64,000 nt of DNA from Podarcis cretensis (taxonomy: Eukaryota), in the NCBI GenBank assembly GCA_951804945.1, contig OX638152.1, forward strand, positions 71,424,001-71,488,000, given 5' to 3'. A program made the translations under genes and the position numbers. Of the stretch, positions 50,396-63,479 are shown one piece after another. The notes below the pieces were generated by a model. The model saw only the letters and a list, made by a program, of their open reading frames with translations, was not told the DNA's origin and searched no databases. Within the stretch, counting starts at the first letter, position 1. Each line of letters begins with the position of its first letter.

Positions 50396-52817
50396 ACCTA
50401 AAGCAATATTTTGAGATGAAGTAGAGGTTTCCAGTTTGGATAAAACGTCTAATAAATTTTGAAGGAAACCAAAATCATTCAGATAATACTAAAGAAATTT
50501 GTCAGGGTGTTTCTGGACATCCAAAGCAAAATTTCAAAATTTTGAGCAATGGCAATTCCAATGTATTTTTCACAGCATTTTTATATGTGTGCAGATTCCA
50601 CCTTGGTGTTGCTTTTAATCAGAGCAATGATTATAGTTCCTATAATGTCCTCCAGAAATGAGACAGTACTTTAACTTGAATGATTGAAAACTCTACATGT
50701 TTCCTACAATAAAAGATGTGAAATTTCCTTTCGTCTTGCCAGTAGTAACCATCAAAGTATTTTGCATTACTTTGTACATATGAATTACTTTGCACTAAAG
50801 GTATCGCCCGCAGCACAACTCAAAAGCATCATTATCTTCTTATGTTGGAGCCTGCTCTGCTTCTATTCAACACTTTGACTGTTCCCCACTAATTGAAATG
50901 ACCCCCTTAAATGTACTTTAAAAACACTGCACATAAGCATATGAATAGGGTAAGCAATTAAAACTGACTACTGCTGATAGGGTGCATGATTTGAAAGTGA
51001 AAACCAGGCAAAGTATTCTAAAATAGTTGCTGTGTTGAAGCATGCATAAACATGTTTAGAATTCTCCCCTTTCCAGATGTTCTAAAAACAGTTGTGAAGC
51101 ACAAACTGTCCGTTGCAAAGCTTGACTTTTGAGCAAGCTAGAATTTTTAAATAATGCAAGAAGGTGGTTGGAAAAGTTACTGATTCATATCTAAATAGGT
51201 TAAAGAGAAATACAACAGTGTTCTTCTTTGGAAAACAGCAAAACCAAACCCTTCCACTTCCCTGCTTACTGTTTTGGTCTTCTCTGCTGCCATGGCTCCA
51301 TACACTCAGTCCTCAGGCTCAGAACTTCTGAGCAGTACTAGATCTGAGGACAAAACAGGCACACTCCGCAGCTCATTGTGAGTAGAGCTATCAGCATGAG
51401 ATTTCAGCAGCCAGTCAGTCTCCCAACCTTAAGGATGTGCCCTAAGGACACAGAAATGAACACTGGGCATCAAAAAAGCCCTGCAGAACTTCCACTAACC
51501 AAATCCCCACAACACCAAACCCTGCAGTCAATAGTTGCAGCCAAGGACACTGGTCATTTACCTGGCAGGTCGCAGCACGCAGGAACTGGGGCTTTAGTGT
51601 TGATCCTCCAGCAAAGCCTATAGAGCTGTGTTTCACCTTGAGGCTGGTGCTCAGTGAGTTCTGTTTTTGTTGCAATAATGTTGATTTCATTTAAGTTTTT
51701 GTGCAAAATTGTCTGCATACTCATTTACTTTATGTTATGACGAGAACCTGCTCGCCATCCGTAAATAATCAGTCTCACACCAAGATGGGTTGCAGAAATC
51801 TGGCCGCAGCTCTCTCTCGAAGCTGCTGCAGCCCCAACCTTTATTGTGTCCAAGAAAAGATACAAATTCAAGGAGAAAACTTTGCCTCAGTCAGCAGATA
51901 AAAGACAATACAATACATTAGTTTCATGTTCTCACACCAGACCACGCAGTTGATCATGTTATACTACATGGACCAATCATTGGATGGCATGAGCTGTCCA
52001 CGCGCTGCTCATGCTTCCAAGCAATGCTTTCTGCTTATGAAATCATCCTTGCAATAATAAACTTTTGTCCATGCTCTTATGGACAAATGACCATATTCCC
52101 ACAATGTTATGGTGTGACATACAAAAGCGAAAGTTGGTACTTACCACAATAGTTTCCTTCTCTGTAGGGAGGAAGGGGATCCTGCTTAGGTTGTCTCCAC
52201 CCACCTCATCACTGACAGGAAGTAAAAAAAAAACTTTCATGAGAGAACACCTGGTGGCTGGAACAACCACCTTTCAGTTCAGCTTCCTGCCAGATCTACT
52301 GCAGGTAGCTAGCTGCTCCAGGTACAGCAAAAGAGAAAAGTTGGGAATGCCACTTTGGAAGGGATTTTCCTTTGTCCTTTCGCTGTTGTTTTTTCTTCCT
52401 GGTTCCTCTTTCTACTTCCTTCTGCTTATGGCTGCAGGATTGCTAGCTGTGGTCCTCACTCTTGCTGCTGTCCAGGGTCCTGACCTGGTTTGTCATGGTT
52501 TGCCATGAACCACCTTATTTGAGCACTAAACTCTTCTCAGCAACTGATATTGCTATGGCTCGAGACAAGGACATCCACACCTTCAGTTAGGATGCCTGCA
52601 AATGGGAAGCTTGCACACACAAAGTTATATGTGTAGAGACTTCTGTATAATTTGGAACCTTGATCACACAAGGTTCCTTAGTACATGGGAACATATGCAA
52701 GAACATTTTCCTTTTGAAAAAATCAAAATGCACATACATGGGGTGGGGGCACTAATTGGAAGGAGGTCTTCTGTTAAGGGATTCTTTCTTGACCTAATTC
52801 TCAGTAGACATTTGCAG

Positions 52818-52861
<44 letters not shown>

Positions 52862-53277
52862 TTATTTATACCCCACCCACCTGGATGGGTTTCCCCAGCC
52901 ACTCTGGGCAGCTTCCAACAAAATATTAAAAATACAATAAAACATCAGTCATAAAAAACTTTCCTAAGCAGGGCTGCCTTCAAATGCCTTCTAAAAGTCA
53001 CGTAGTTGTTTATTTCCTTGACATCTGATTGGAGAGCATTCCACAGGGTGGGCGCCACTACCAAGAAGGCCCTCTGCCTGGTTCCCTGTAACTTCTCTTC
53101 TTCAGGTATACTGGGCTGAGGCTGTTTAGGGCTTTAAAGGCCAGCACCAACACTTTGAATTGTGCTCAGAAACGTACTGGGAGCCAGTGTAGGTTTTTCA
53201 AGACAGGTGTTATGTGGTCTTGGCAGCCGCTCCCAGTCACCAGTCTAGCTGGGGCATTCTGGATTAGTTGTAGTTTC
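52818..53277 (-). mobile_element. L2 LINE 3' fragment with internal deletion
   Basis: KLQLIQNAPARLVTG..DHITPVLKNLHWLPVRF motif and (TTA)n tail. Confidence 0.88.
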
Positions 53278-55238
53278 AAAGGTGTGTACCCAAATGTATT
53301 GTTCCACCCCAACTGCTGTTTTGTATAACTAATCATGTTCAGCATCCATTGGCCCATGCTGAGGATTCATATCCCCATCTGTATCTGTATCACACTGAAC
53401 TAATTTAAGAGGGCCTAGAGAAACTTTGCAATACTGCCATATAGAAAATTGTGTTCATACTAGCTGTTCCTGTGGATCATATCTTCTGTATGTATATCTT
53501 CCTTGGTGAATTAGGGTGTGAGTCTTGAATGAATGAAAGGTAACATTGTTGTCAGTGTTGGTTTCATTTGTAACAAATCATGTTCCTTTAAATTCAGTTT
53601 TGTGGTGTGGTCATAGAGACTACAGCAGATTTCGGGAACCTATGCCCCTCCAGATGTTTCTCAACTACAACTTTAATAAACCTTTGTCACTGGAGTTCAG
53701 CAACATCTGGTGGGCCAAAGGTTACCCGCTCCTGAGCTACAGGAAATTGTCCTGTATGGCAAAGGGACATAGCCAGGGCCTTTTTTCCAGTAGTAACTCA
53801 GTTCTGGCACATCTCAGGTGGGCACCATTGTCACTGTAAGAAAACAAGGGAGGCATTCATAGTGAGTTCAGCACCTTTTTAAAAAAGAAAAAGAGCACTT
53901 GTCATAGCAGGAGAAGAGACTAAAAATTACATCTAGTTCAGCTCCCTACTGCTACACAGCACATTTTCCCTCCACACTTCACCCACACAAAGCAGAGTGA
54001 GAGAGAATCAGAAAGTGGGTATATAATGACTTGAGATATAATGCTGTATATTAAAATACCACCAGCCGTCTTTTAATACAGTAATCAAATATTAACATTC
54101 CCAAAATTGAAGTCTTCTACAAAATCTGCAACAGCAAGTCAACATATTTTTCTAAACATGAAACCATGGCTCACTAATGAGTAAAAACAAAATACTGGCT
54201 GTGGTTAAATAGCATTTCCGAATTGCATGTATTCATCACTTTGTTGACAGTTGTAATAAATATAGCAATTATATGCACTTGTTTTTCCCAAAGTATAACT
54301 CTATTCCCAGAATTACTGATAATCATTGCCTACATGCAAGGCTTATACTTTTTAATAATCAGTTAAGCCTGTGTTTATTTCTGTCCCATTCAGGTGTCTT
54401 TCAAAGTATTGGTGAGAGGTCAGTTTGCTCTGACAACTTGCCTACCGTTGCCCATTATCTATGCATCAGCACAGCTCTTTGCAACCTTTCCCTCTTTGAA
54501 ATAGCTCTTTCAGTCCAATTGGCTTTACTGTACTTTGTTCCTGCCAAGCCAGACAGCTCTTCTCAGGCTGCACCATGAATTCCCATTTAAATCAATAGAA
54601 GGCACAAACATCTAATGATGAAAAATGGCACATTTGCACATGCTGCCCATGAGTCAGGATGACATTTAAAAAACACCTAAGAACGGGAAAGGTAATGATA
54701 AAAATTCCATGGAATTTATAGCTTCCTATCCTGGAGCACATTTCTGTGGGTGGGGTGGGGGTAAACTTCCTTCGTCAAACTTCTGGCTAGCATCCCTTTC
54801 ACTGGGAAAATTCTAACCAGAACAAAATGGGGATTTCATTGATTACCAATTGCATACCCTCTTCTTCTTTTCTGTTTGCCTGAGACCTTTGGCTCCTCCA
54901 ATGACAAATGATAAAATTAAAGCTTGAGGTGAACTTCCTAAAAGAGGCATAGCTAGTAATTAAGTGCCATTCTGATGAAAAAAACACTTCTCCAAGGCCC
55001 TCAAAAAAACAAGGGGGCTGGCTCCAGACATAGGCCCCATTTACACTATAGGTTTAAAGGAGTATTATGCTATTTTAAATGGTCACATCTTCCTCAGAAG
55101 AATCTGGAAACTGTAGTTTGTTAAGGTAGCTGTGTTAGGAGGCCCCTATTCCCTTTACAGGGCTATAATCCCCAGAGTGGTTTAACAATCAACTTTTACT
55201 CTGTGGGTGAAATAGGTGCCTCCTAACCACTCTCAGCA

Positions 55239-55557
55239 GGGACGCGGGTGGCGCTGTGGTTTAAACCACAGAGCCTAGGACTTGCCGATCAGAAGGTCGG
55301 CGGTTCGAATCCCTGCTCTTGCCAACCTAGCAGTTCGAAAGCACGTCAAAGTGCGAATAGATAAATAGGTACCGCTCCGACGGGAAGGTAAACGGCGTTT
55401 CCATACGCTGCTCTGGTTCACCAGAAGCGGCTTAGTCATGCTGGCCACATGACCCGGAAGCTGTACGCCGGCTCCCTCGGCCAATAAAGCAAGATGAGTG
55501 CCGCAACCCCAGAGTCAGTCACTACTGGACGTAATGGTCTGGGGACCCCTTTACCCC
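55239..55557 (+). mobile_element. Sauria SINE inserted into an older MITE-like repeat
   Basis: 17-bp TSD CCTAACCACTCTCAGCA; short deletion after the B box. Confidence 0.93.
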
Positions 55558-57119
55558 CCTAACCACTCTCAGCACTTGAGAAATTTTGCCTCTTGCTACA
55601 CCCACCACTACCATGCAGCCCATGGAAGGTTGCCCAGAAAGGGATACACCCCTTGAGCTGAAAAAGATTCTCCATCCCTGCCCTAGAGGGACTGACTGAG
55701 GAAAGAGACTGAGTTCTATTATGTATGATGTAATGCAAGTTTTTAAAATATACACTCACACATACACCCCAACCCTAACCCTCTTTATTTTGGTCTTTGA
55801 CCAAACTGACAATGCTCCTAGTCTCAAATAAACCACTGCCCATTCCCAGAACTGCCTATCTCACAAAGGACTCTAGATGTCTTGCTCTAAGGATGACTGT
55901 AGGTTTCTTATCTCTTGTAGTCAATGTAGCTGGATTCATCCATGGAAAGGCAATGAATTAACTGAAGTGGAAAAACAGGGAGGAAATTATGTCACAACTC
56001 GTTTGCTTCAAGCATGCATGTTCTGAGGGACCTGACCCTGTTCGGGGGTTTTTTCCCTCCAGTTGAGGACATGGCACCACCCATATTTCATGAAACAAAA
56101 ACATTACCTCTAGCAAATTTAATGTTTTCACAGTAGGAATACCTTTTGGCGCCATCAAATAAACAATACCATTAATGTAGGTCAACATTATCACTTGGCT
56201 GCTTGTATTTGTGGATGAATCTGCTTCTGGTTCATACACACAATTTTCTGTTGAAACTTTCTAGTGGCTTCTGACAATTGGTAAAATAAAAAATTAAACA
56301 GCAATAGACAGCAATAAAAAGGTTGGTAGTGAACAAATATTCCAGTAAAAAAACAACATTGATGTTAAAATTACAAACCAATAGCCATCACTAAAAACTG
56401 TCCAGCAAAATGTATTGGCTTGTTTCTAAAGTAGCACGAAAGACCTAACACTTGCACCATGGGCCTTTCTCCCCACCTCTCTGCATGCACCCTGTGCCCT
56501 CTACTCCGAAGTAGGGAGGGAACCCAGAATAGATTTGTGGGGTGTACAGGGGGAGGAGAGCAGAAATCATTGCACTGACAGGATGGTTACTTAGCACTAC
56601 ATTGGATACAAGCCACCATCCTGCTGCAGACTGGCCAAATCTTAAGCTCACCTATCCCCAAAAGCCTTGTAGTTGTAACAGCCACCAGGAATTTCTGCAA
56701 TGGACTTGGCAAATTGGATATTGAAGTGACTCAGGATTTTTGTCCCACTCAATTGAAGAGAAGATCAACAGGATTTCAGCCTCACTCTGGTTGCTGCCAG
56801 TTATCATCTCTCTCATTTCTTTCAAGTTTTTGCAGTAGGAGTGGTAATAAGCAATATTCAATGCCAGTCATACTCAAGAGGAAACTCACTGATTTTCATG
56901 GGTTTACTCTGACGATGACTTAGTTGAATATCACTCATTAATGAAGATGATATTTCAGGTCTTCCGTGTAGCTTTTGCCAGCCTCATCAGCACATCAGAA
57001 CTCAGAAGTGGAAATCAGAACTATCAAAATTTGTCTCATCTCATTCCACTCCCTCATAAGATTTTGTGGGTGGCAACAGAATTGAACAAACTAGTAGCAA
57101 ACAAACAAACATTGGACAA

Positions 57120-57121
<2 letters not shown>

Positions 57122-57171
<50 letters not shown>

Positions 57172-57226
57172 AAGGTACCCCTGCTCGTACGGGCCAGTCT
57201 TGACAGACTCTGGGGTTGTGCGCCCA

Positions 57227-57269
<43 letters not shown>
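57122..57269 (-). mobile_element. 66-bp 3' end of a young Sauria SINE (57166-57231) embedded in (TA)n
   Basis: AAGGTAAAGGTACCCCTG...GTGCGCCCATCTCA matches the 33467 and 42804 copies; long TA runs on both sides. Confidence 0.9.
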
Positions 57270-57273
<4 letters not shown>

Positions 57274-58514
57274 TCAATGGAAAAAATGAAATGCATCAAG
57301 AATTCGAATGTCACAGTAGAGCAAAATATTTTTTGCAGTAGCTTGGAGAATATAAAGTGTCCATTACTTATGTGGAGTGGATTTATAGGTGGAAATTTCC
57401 TATAAGGCTTCCCAAACTTTCAGAATACTATTTTGAACTGGTAGAAATGTAGGTTTTTTGTTTTTGTTTTTTAAAAAAACAAGTTTTACCCAAACTTTCA
57501 ACAGTAATCCTAATACAAAAATAGCATGGTGGCAAATAAAGCTAAGTGACATTTGTTCCATTTTACACATGTCACAGGTTTTTCAGATACTATATTGCTG
57601 GAGGTATATGAATATTTATAAAGTAAGTGTAAAATGGCAGGGGGGATGTGTGCATTTTACACAAAGCATAGTCTTACAAAACTGGTATGAAAATTTAATG
57701 TGACTGAACTAAGGATGAGCTGTTCACATTCTTTTGGATTTTGTATATCCAAGTTTGATGACTTATGGTATGAAGACCATAGGACTCCAGTAGGATGGCT
57801 TTAGAAATTGTCTGTCCTTTGAATCACAACAATGGTACAGAGATCACCCACATGCCATAACCCATATAAGTCAGTGTATTCTCAAGGGAACCTTGTACAA
57901 CATTTTATACTTGTTCGTCTGTATGTGTTTTAAACTGTCTGGAAGATAATAGGATGGAATCTACAATTATGCAATCAGACATCCTTTGCACAGTAGGACT
58001 TCCTTCCCCTTACCTTACAGCCTTCCTTGTCTCAGAAATCTGCTCTTTGAGGCTTCTTCAGGTTATGGGCAAGGTTGGCTATTACCCATAGTGTGTCCTA
58101 GCTCTGCACAGAAATAGCTACATACTGCTAGGTCCCTAATATTTGTAAAATGCCCATGTGCCTCTATGGATACTGGCACACAGCTAAAAAAATGTATCTG
58201 TGAGATATTTCCCATTTATCTGTGAGATGTGCCTACATAGTTAGGAGAAAATTAGGAAAAAAGTTTAAATGACCAAGCACAATAACAATAGCTAATCACA
58301 TGGGTCATTCCCACCAAACACTCCACCAGGAGGGATTGGCAGCTGATTCCACAGGGACACTCACGGATTAGGTAACTTAAAACATATTCTAGCTATGAGA
58401 GAGCTCTCACATGACTAGACAATATTTAATGACCACTGAAGATAAATGGGTACAGTATTTGTAAAACAAAATTATAGTGTGGCTGAGAGACAAAATCAGA
58501 GTACTTTTTACTGT

Positions 58515-58872
58515 GGGGTGCAGGTGGCGCTGTGGTATAAACCACTGAGCCTCTTTGATTTACCTATTGGAAAGTTGGTGGTTTGAATCCCGGCTTCTGC
58601 CAACCTAGCAGTTCGAAAGCATACCAGCGCAAGTAGATAAATAGGTACCACTGTGGCTGGGAGGTAAACAGCTTTTCCGTGCACTCTGGCTTCCATCACG
58701 GTGTCCCATTGTGCCAGAAGTAGTTTAGTCATGCTGGCTACATGACTTGGAAAGCTGTCTGTGGACAAACGCTGTCTCCCTTGGCCTGAAAAGCGAGATG
58801 AGTGCCACGTCCCATAGTCACCTTTGACTGGACTTAACCATCCAGGGACCCTTTACCTTTACTTTACCTTTA
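58515..58872 (+). mobile_element. Sauria SINE (older subfamily)
   Basis: Head, body and ACCTTT tail present; degenerate TSD TACTTTTT. Confidence 0.88.
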
Positions 58873-59271
58873 CTTTTTCTTGTCACCTTTGAGATCTAGA
58901 TTCAAGTCCTCCTTGTACTGTTCTCTCATGATTCATGTTTAACATAAAACAGCAGCAGAACAGGTCTGGTTGTAACATAGTCTCTTATGTGTGAGCTCAG
59001 GAAATATTACACACAAGAAAAGAGTTCCTCTGTGGAACCACTCCATTTACTAGGAAATACAGGGTGAGTAAAATCTTGTAGATAATTTAAAACCGAAATG
59101 AATTATGTTAAAGCTTTGGAGGCAAAGAGAGTTGTATTTCATGTTTAATGAATTCATTTGTAACTTGACAGAGGGATATTATATTTTTTAAAGGTTGTGT
59201 TGTCTCTAAGTTTTTTGAATTAAAGTATTTATTGGTACAGATACAGGAACATGAGCTTTAAAAATGTTGGG

Positions 59272-59455
59272 AAGGGTTGTGGTTTGGTGGCAGAGCAAAT
59301 GCTTTGCCCACAGGGTCAAACCCTAGTATCGCCAAGTAGGACTGGGAATGTCCCCTTCTCTGGAACCCTGGACAGCCATTGCCAGTCACTGTGAACAATA
59401 CTAAGTTAGATGGGCCAATTGCCTAATTTGATATAAGGCAGCTTCCTATGTTCCT
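59272..59455 (+). mobile_element. Old tRNA-derived SINE (Squam2-like)
   Basis: GTGGCAGAGCAAATGCTTTG head; TGCCAGTCACTGTG..ATAAGGCAGCTTCCTATGTTCCTA tail. Confidence 0.55.
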
Positions 59456-60159
59456 AGAAAGTATGTTGGAGTGACTTGTTGTAGTACTTATGTGATGTAT
59501 TTTACAAAACACACACAAAGAGCTATGCAATTGTGCTGCACAGGAGCCCATTTTTTAAAGCCATTGCTGTTTAATTATCTAAACATTCGTTCCGACACAT
59601 TATTGTAATAGCAGACAGCAGCTCAGATCATATAATTTTGCCATTTGTATTTTGTGTATGTGTGTAATCTTCTTCCTTATGAGACATTTTGTATGAGAGG
59701 ACATAACACACAACTGTGAGCAATGAAATATAATTAATGGATCATTTTTAATTACCAAGAGGCAAATTCAAGGGTTTTTATTTGAGCAAAAACTGCCATT
59801 GGTCTCCACGGGAATACTGCTTGATTATGCATGGCAACACTGATTTGTAGCAAAATATCTCAACACGCTCCTGACACAGTATTTAATCAGTCAAATGCTT
59901 GTTGAAATCAATGGAAGCATGAAGTGCTTGAAAAGGAAACGTTTTGCCACCAAATATAGACAATATTTGCTGTAGGACTCGGCAACATTGATGAAAACAG
60001 AAATGGCTTGATACAGCCTGATTGACAGTCCCTTTGACTGCCATCTTCTGCATCCAGTATGGGGGCAGGGGTGGGAAGAGCTACAATTTGCCTAACTGGT
60101 AACTTGCTATACTGTGCATCTAACCACATGATACTGTTTTTGCAAGTTGTCAGGAAAGT

Positions 60160-60476
60160 ACTACTACTACTAATAATTATAACTTTAGTATTTGTACCCT
60201 GTCCATCTGACCGGGTTGCCTCAGCCACTCTGGACAGCTTCCAACATATATAAAAACATAATAAAAACATTACACATTAGAAAGCTTCCCTATACAGGGC
60301 TGCCTTCGGGGATGTCTTCTAAAGGCAATATAGTTACTCATCTCCTTGACATCTGATGGGAGGGTGTTCCATAGGGTGGGCACTACTACCAAGAAGGCTC
60401 TCTGCCTGATTCCCTGTCGCTTCACTTCTCACAGTGAGGGACACCAGAACATCCTCAGTGCTGCATCTCAGTGTCC
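60160..60476 (-). mobile_element. L2 LINE 3' end
   Basis: Colinear with the other L2 3' ends (CAGGGCTGCCTTC, CCTTGACATCTGATGGGAGGG). Confidence 0.85.
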
Positions 60477-61022
60477 ACAACATTCCTATGATCCACCAAG
60501 CTTGTGACTCTTTCTAAAAAAAAGAAATGAGATATGTTTGACATGACTTGTTTTTGAGAAACTCATGCTGGGTCTTAGTAATCACAGCATCCTTTTCTGA
60601 GTGTTCACAGACTGTTTAATTATCTGTTCAGGACATTTCCTGGTATCAATACCAAGCTTACTTGTCAGTAATTACCTAGATCTTCTTCTTTTTCCCCTTT
60701 TGAAGACTGGGACAACATTTGCCTGTCTCCAGTCTACAGAGACCTCACCTATTCTATGAAAATTGTCAAAGATTACAGACAGAGACTCTGAGATTATTTC
60801 TGCAAGCTCCTTTAGTACCATTGGATACAGCTCATCAGACCCTAGAGATTTGAATTCATTAAAGTAGCTAGGTGTCCCATTGCCATCTCCTTTCCTATCT
60901 TGGACTGCAGCTCCCTCCTTGCACTGTTTATTGTGTTATCACCAGGTTGGGCACAGCTTTCCTTTTGGGTAGAAGGCAAAGTAGATGTTGAACAGTTCCA
61001 CCTTCTCTTGGTCACCCATCAC
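60472..61022 (-). mobile_element. CR1 ORF2 internal fragment (start of the RT domain)
   Basis: Minus-strand remnants GDQEKVELFNIYFA, VVPVFKRGKKEDLGNY, DAVITKTQHEFLKNKSCQTYLISF. Confidence 0.85.
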
Positions 61023-61199
61023 TTTTGCTACATGCTTGCCCAGACTTTTTCTTTTCTTGTTTATGCCTAGATCACCAAGGCACCAGGAATAATTTTATGG
61101 GTTCCTGCCTCAGCCTGTGCTGCCTTGTACAGATCCTGCTCTATATCTGACAAGTCTAAAATCCTGCCAAGGTATCTTGCCTAAGCTATGTGATTGTCT

Positions 61200-61202
<3 letters not shown>

Positions 61203-61270
<68 letters not shown>
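61203..61270. repeat. (TC)n(TG)n compound microsatellite
   Basis: Seen directly in the sequence. Confidence 0.95.
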
Positions 61271-61887
61271 GTGTTACATACTTTTTAGACACAGCACACA
61301 TCTTAGCTGTAAAAGTGGGGACAAGTATGGAAAGTCAGCAAATGAGAGGCAAGGCTTCCTTGATCTGCTAGATGCACACTGCACTTTTCTTTTTCGTTTC
61401 CTTGGAAACCACATTGTGAGTAAGCAGAAAACAGAGCTCACCTTGTAAAATCTTGCTAATATGATTTAAAATTGTGCTTGAGATTCCTCCCATTCAGAGT
61501 GCTTTTGAAATGGGCATAGAAACATATTCTTAAAGGTCCACACACTGAATAGCCCAATATTACCATATGTAACTTTCACAATAAATGTGTCAGAGATGGT
61601 TTCCATGAAATTAACAACAATTACAATAGCAAACCAATGAATTAGGGGTGGGAATAGATAAATTAAAACCAAAGATAATTGAAAACCAATGATAAGCCTG
61701 AAAATACCCAGAAGTTATTTCCAGCTGTTGGTTGCATGTGTTAGGCTAATGCCATTTTTATCAGTCATTTGCATATTTTAATAATTGGATGCTTACAACA
61801 GATCTGGCTGCATGGCACAACACACAAATGATTACTTTGCCATGCAGCCAGTACAATGGGTGTCTTAATAAGTTATGTGCTCATGAT

Positions 61888-62110
61888 GAACATAAGAAAA
61901 GTCTCCTAGATCAGGCCCATTTTGTACTTGTTCTTCTCTCTGTGTTTTAAGCTGTCTAGATAGTCCAGCATCCTATTCTCACAGTGGCCAACCAGATGCC
62001 TGCAGAAAACCTGCAAAGAGCACTCTCTCTTCCTGTGGCTTCCACCAACTTGTATTCAGAAGGGTACTACCTCTGACCATGGAGGCAGAGTTTAGCCATC
62101 ATGGCTAGTT
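61888..62110 (-). mobile_element. CR1-type LINE 3' UTR fragment
   Basis: GAACATAAGAA..GATCAGGCC..TAGTCCAGCATCCTATTCTCACAGTGGCCAACCAGATGCC, a common squamate LINE 3' end; family assignment from memory. Confidence 0.55.
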
Positions 62111-63131
62111 ACCATGCAGCCAGATCAACTTTGATTTGCATTGAGTTGAATCTTCATTTGTAACATATGCATATCCAGTGTAATTATGATCTCAAGATTT
62201 ACTAAAGCTACTTTTACTTTGCAAATTTAGCATGGGCCATAATCAAAGATGGGAGCCCCAGTCTCTTCCCATAGACCTACAGCAGCATACAGTTGCATTT
62301 CCTGGAGTCTGAGTCAGAATGCCTGTGTCAGCCATGTGACACATGATTTCTATGAGCATTTTTAGGTCAGTAGGGAGAATGCATTGAAAGCAGAGAGGGT
62401 GGGATGGGAGATGAAGCAAAATTGAAACTTACATGTAGCTTAAGGAAGGTCAAGGATCAGGAGATGGGAAGGACATCTCCTTTCAATTTATTAAATTATT
62501 ATTAATAATAGTACTTTGATATATTACCTGCCAATCATGCTAATGGTCCAGGTAAGATCACAACAATTTAGAATTCAACCTTAAAGCCAGTTTAGAACAA
62601 AGTACAAAAAGAAGGTGTGTTCTAGAAAGATACATCAGAGTTTCAATGGCCAGGGTAAAGAGGTGTGATCCAGCCTAAAAATAACCTTAAAGGTGCCCAG
62701 GAGGAAAGCCTCTGGACCTATTTGTCTGCAATTTGGAAAGTTTCTTCTCATGTACTGAAGTCTGGATTTCTGCCCAAATAACTGTAATTAATTAATTAAA
62801 ATCCAGAACCATAGTTGCACATTATACATTGGGTGTGACATGAAGTTACGCTATAATCCTAGTATGTGTACTTATTTGCAAACAAGCCTCATTAAACATA
62901 GTGAGACTTATTCCAAGTTAGTATGCACATGATTCTGGCTGCATGTTGGCAAACCTGTTTGCACCTATTTCAAGTAACTTCCAAGTAAGCATTTAGAATT
63001 AGATTATAATCTGCACAGAAAGTTTCCAAAGCAAAGCCATGCAAAACTGGGAGATCTCCAGCATTTCTAAAACTGGTGTTTGCAAAAAAGAATAATAATA
63101 GACTGGTTAGGTTTCCTCCAAGGGTCTAAAA

Positions 63132-63269
63132 TGTGGAAGCTGAATATATGGACCTCCAGAAATTGTTGGGCTCCCAACTCCCATCACCCCAGCCAACTGG
63201 TGAACTATCAAGTGTGATGTGATGGGAACTGGAGTATAACATCTGAAGGGCCACAGGTCCCCATCAATG
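63132..63269. mobile_element. Old hAT-type hairpin MITE
   Basis: Perfect 8-bp TSD GTCTAAAA (63124-63131, 63270-63277); internal CAACTCCCATCAC / TGATGGGAACTG inverted arms. Confidence 0.65.
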
Positions 63270-63479
63270 GTCTAAAATAATGGATCTAAAAATCAATATT
63301 GAAATAATTTGCTTTTAAAAAGTGGCACAGTTTTTTATATTATATTGGCAGCTCAAAAGTGGGAGCAATGTGTTATTTAATTTTAAAACAAAGTATTATC
63401 TAACTGCCATTGCAGAAGTATAGATCTCCTTCTAAAGTCAGAGCTGACTTCACCCAGTATTTACTGTCATCTTCTGATA

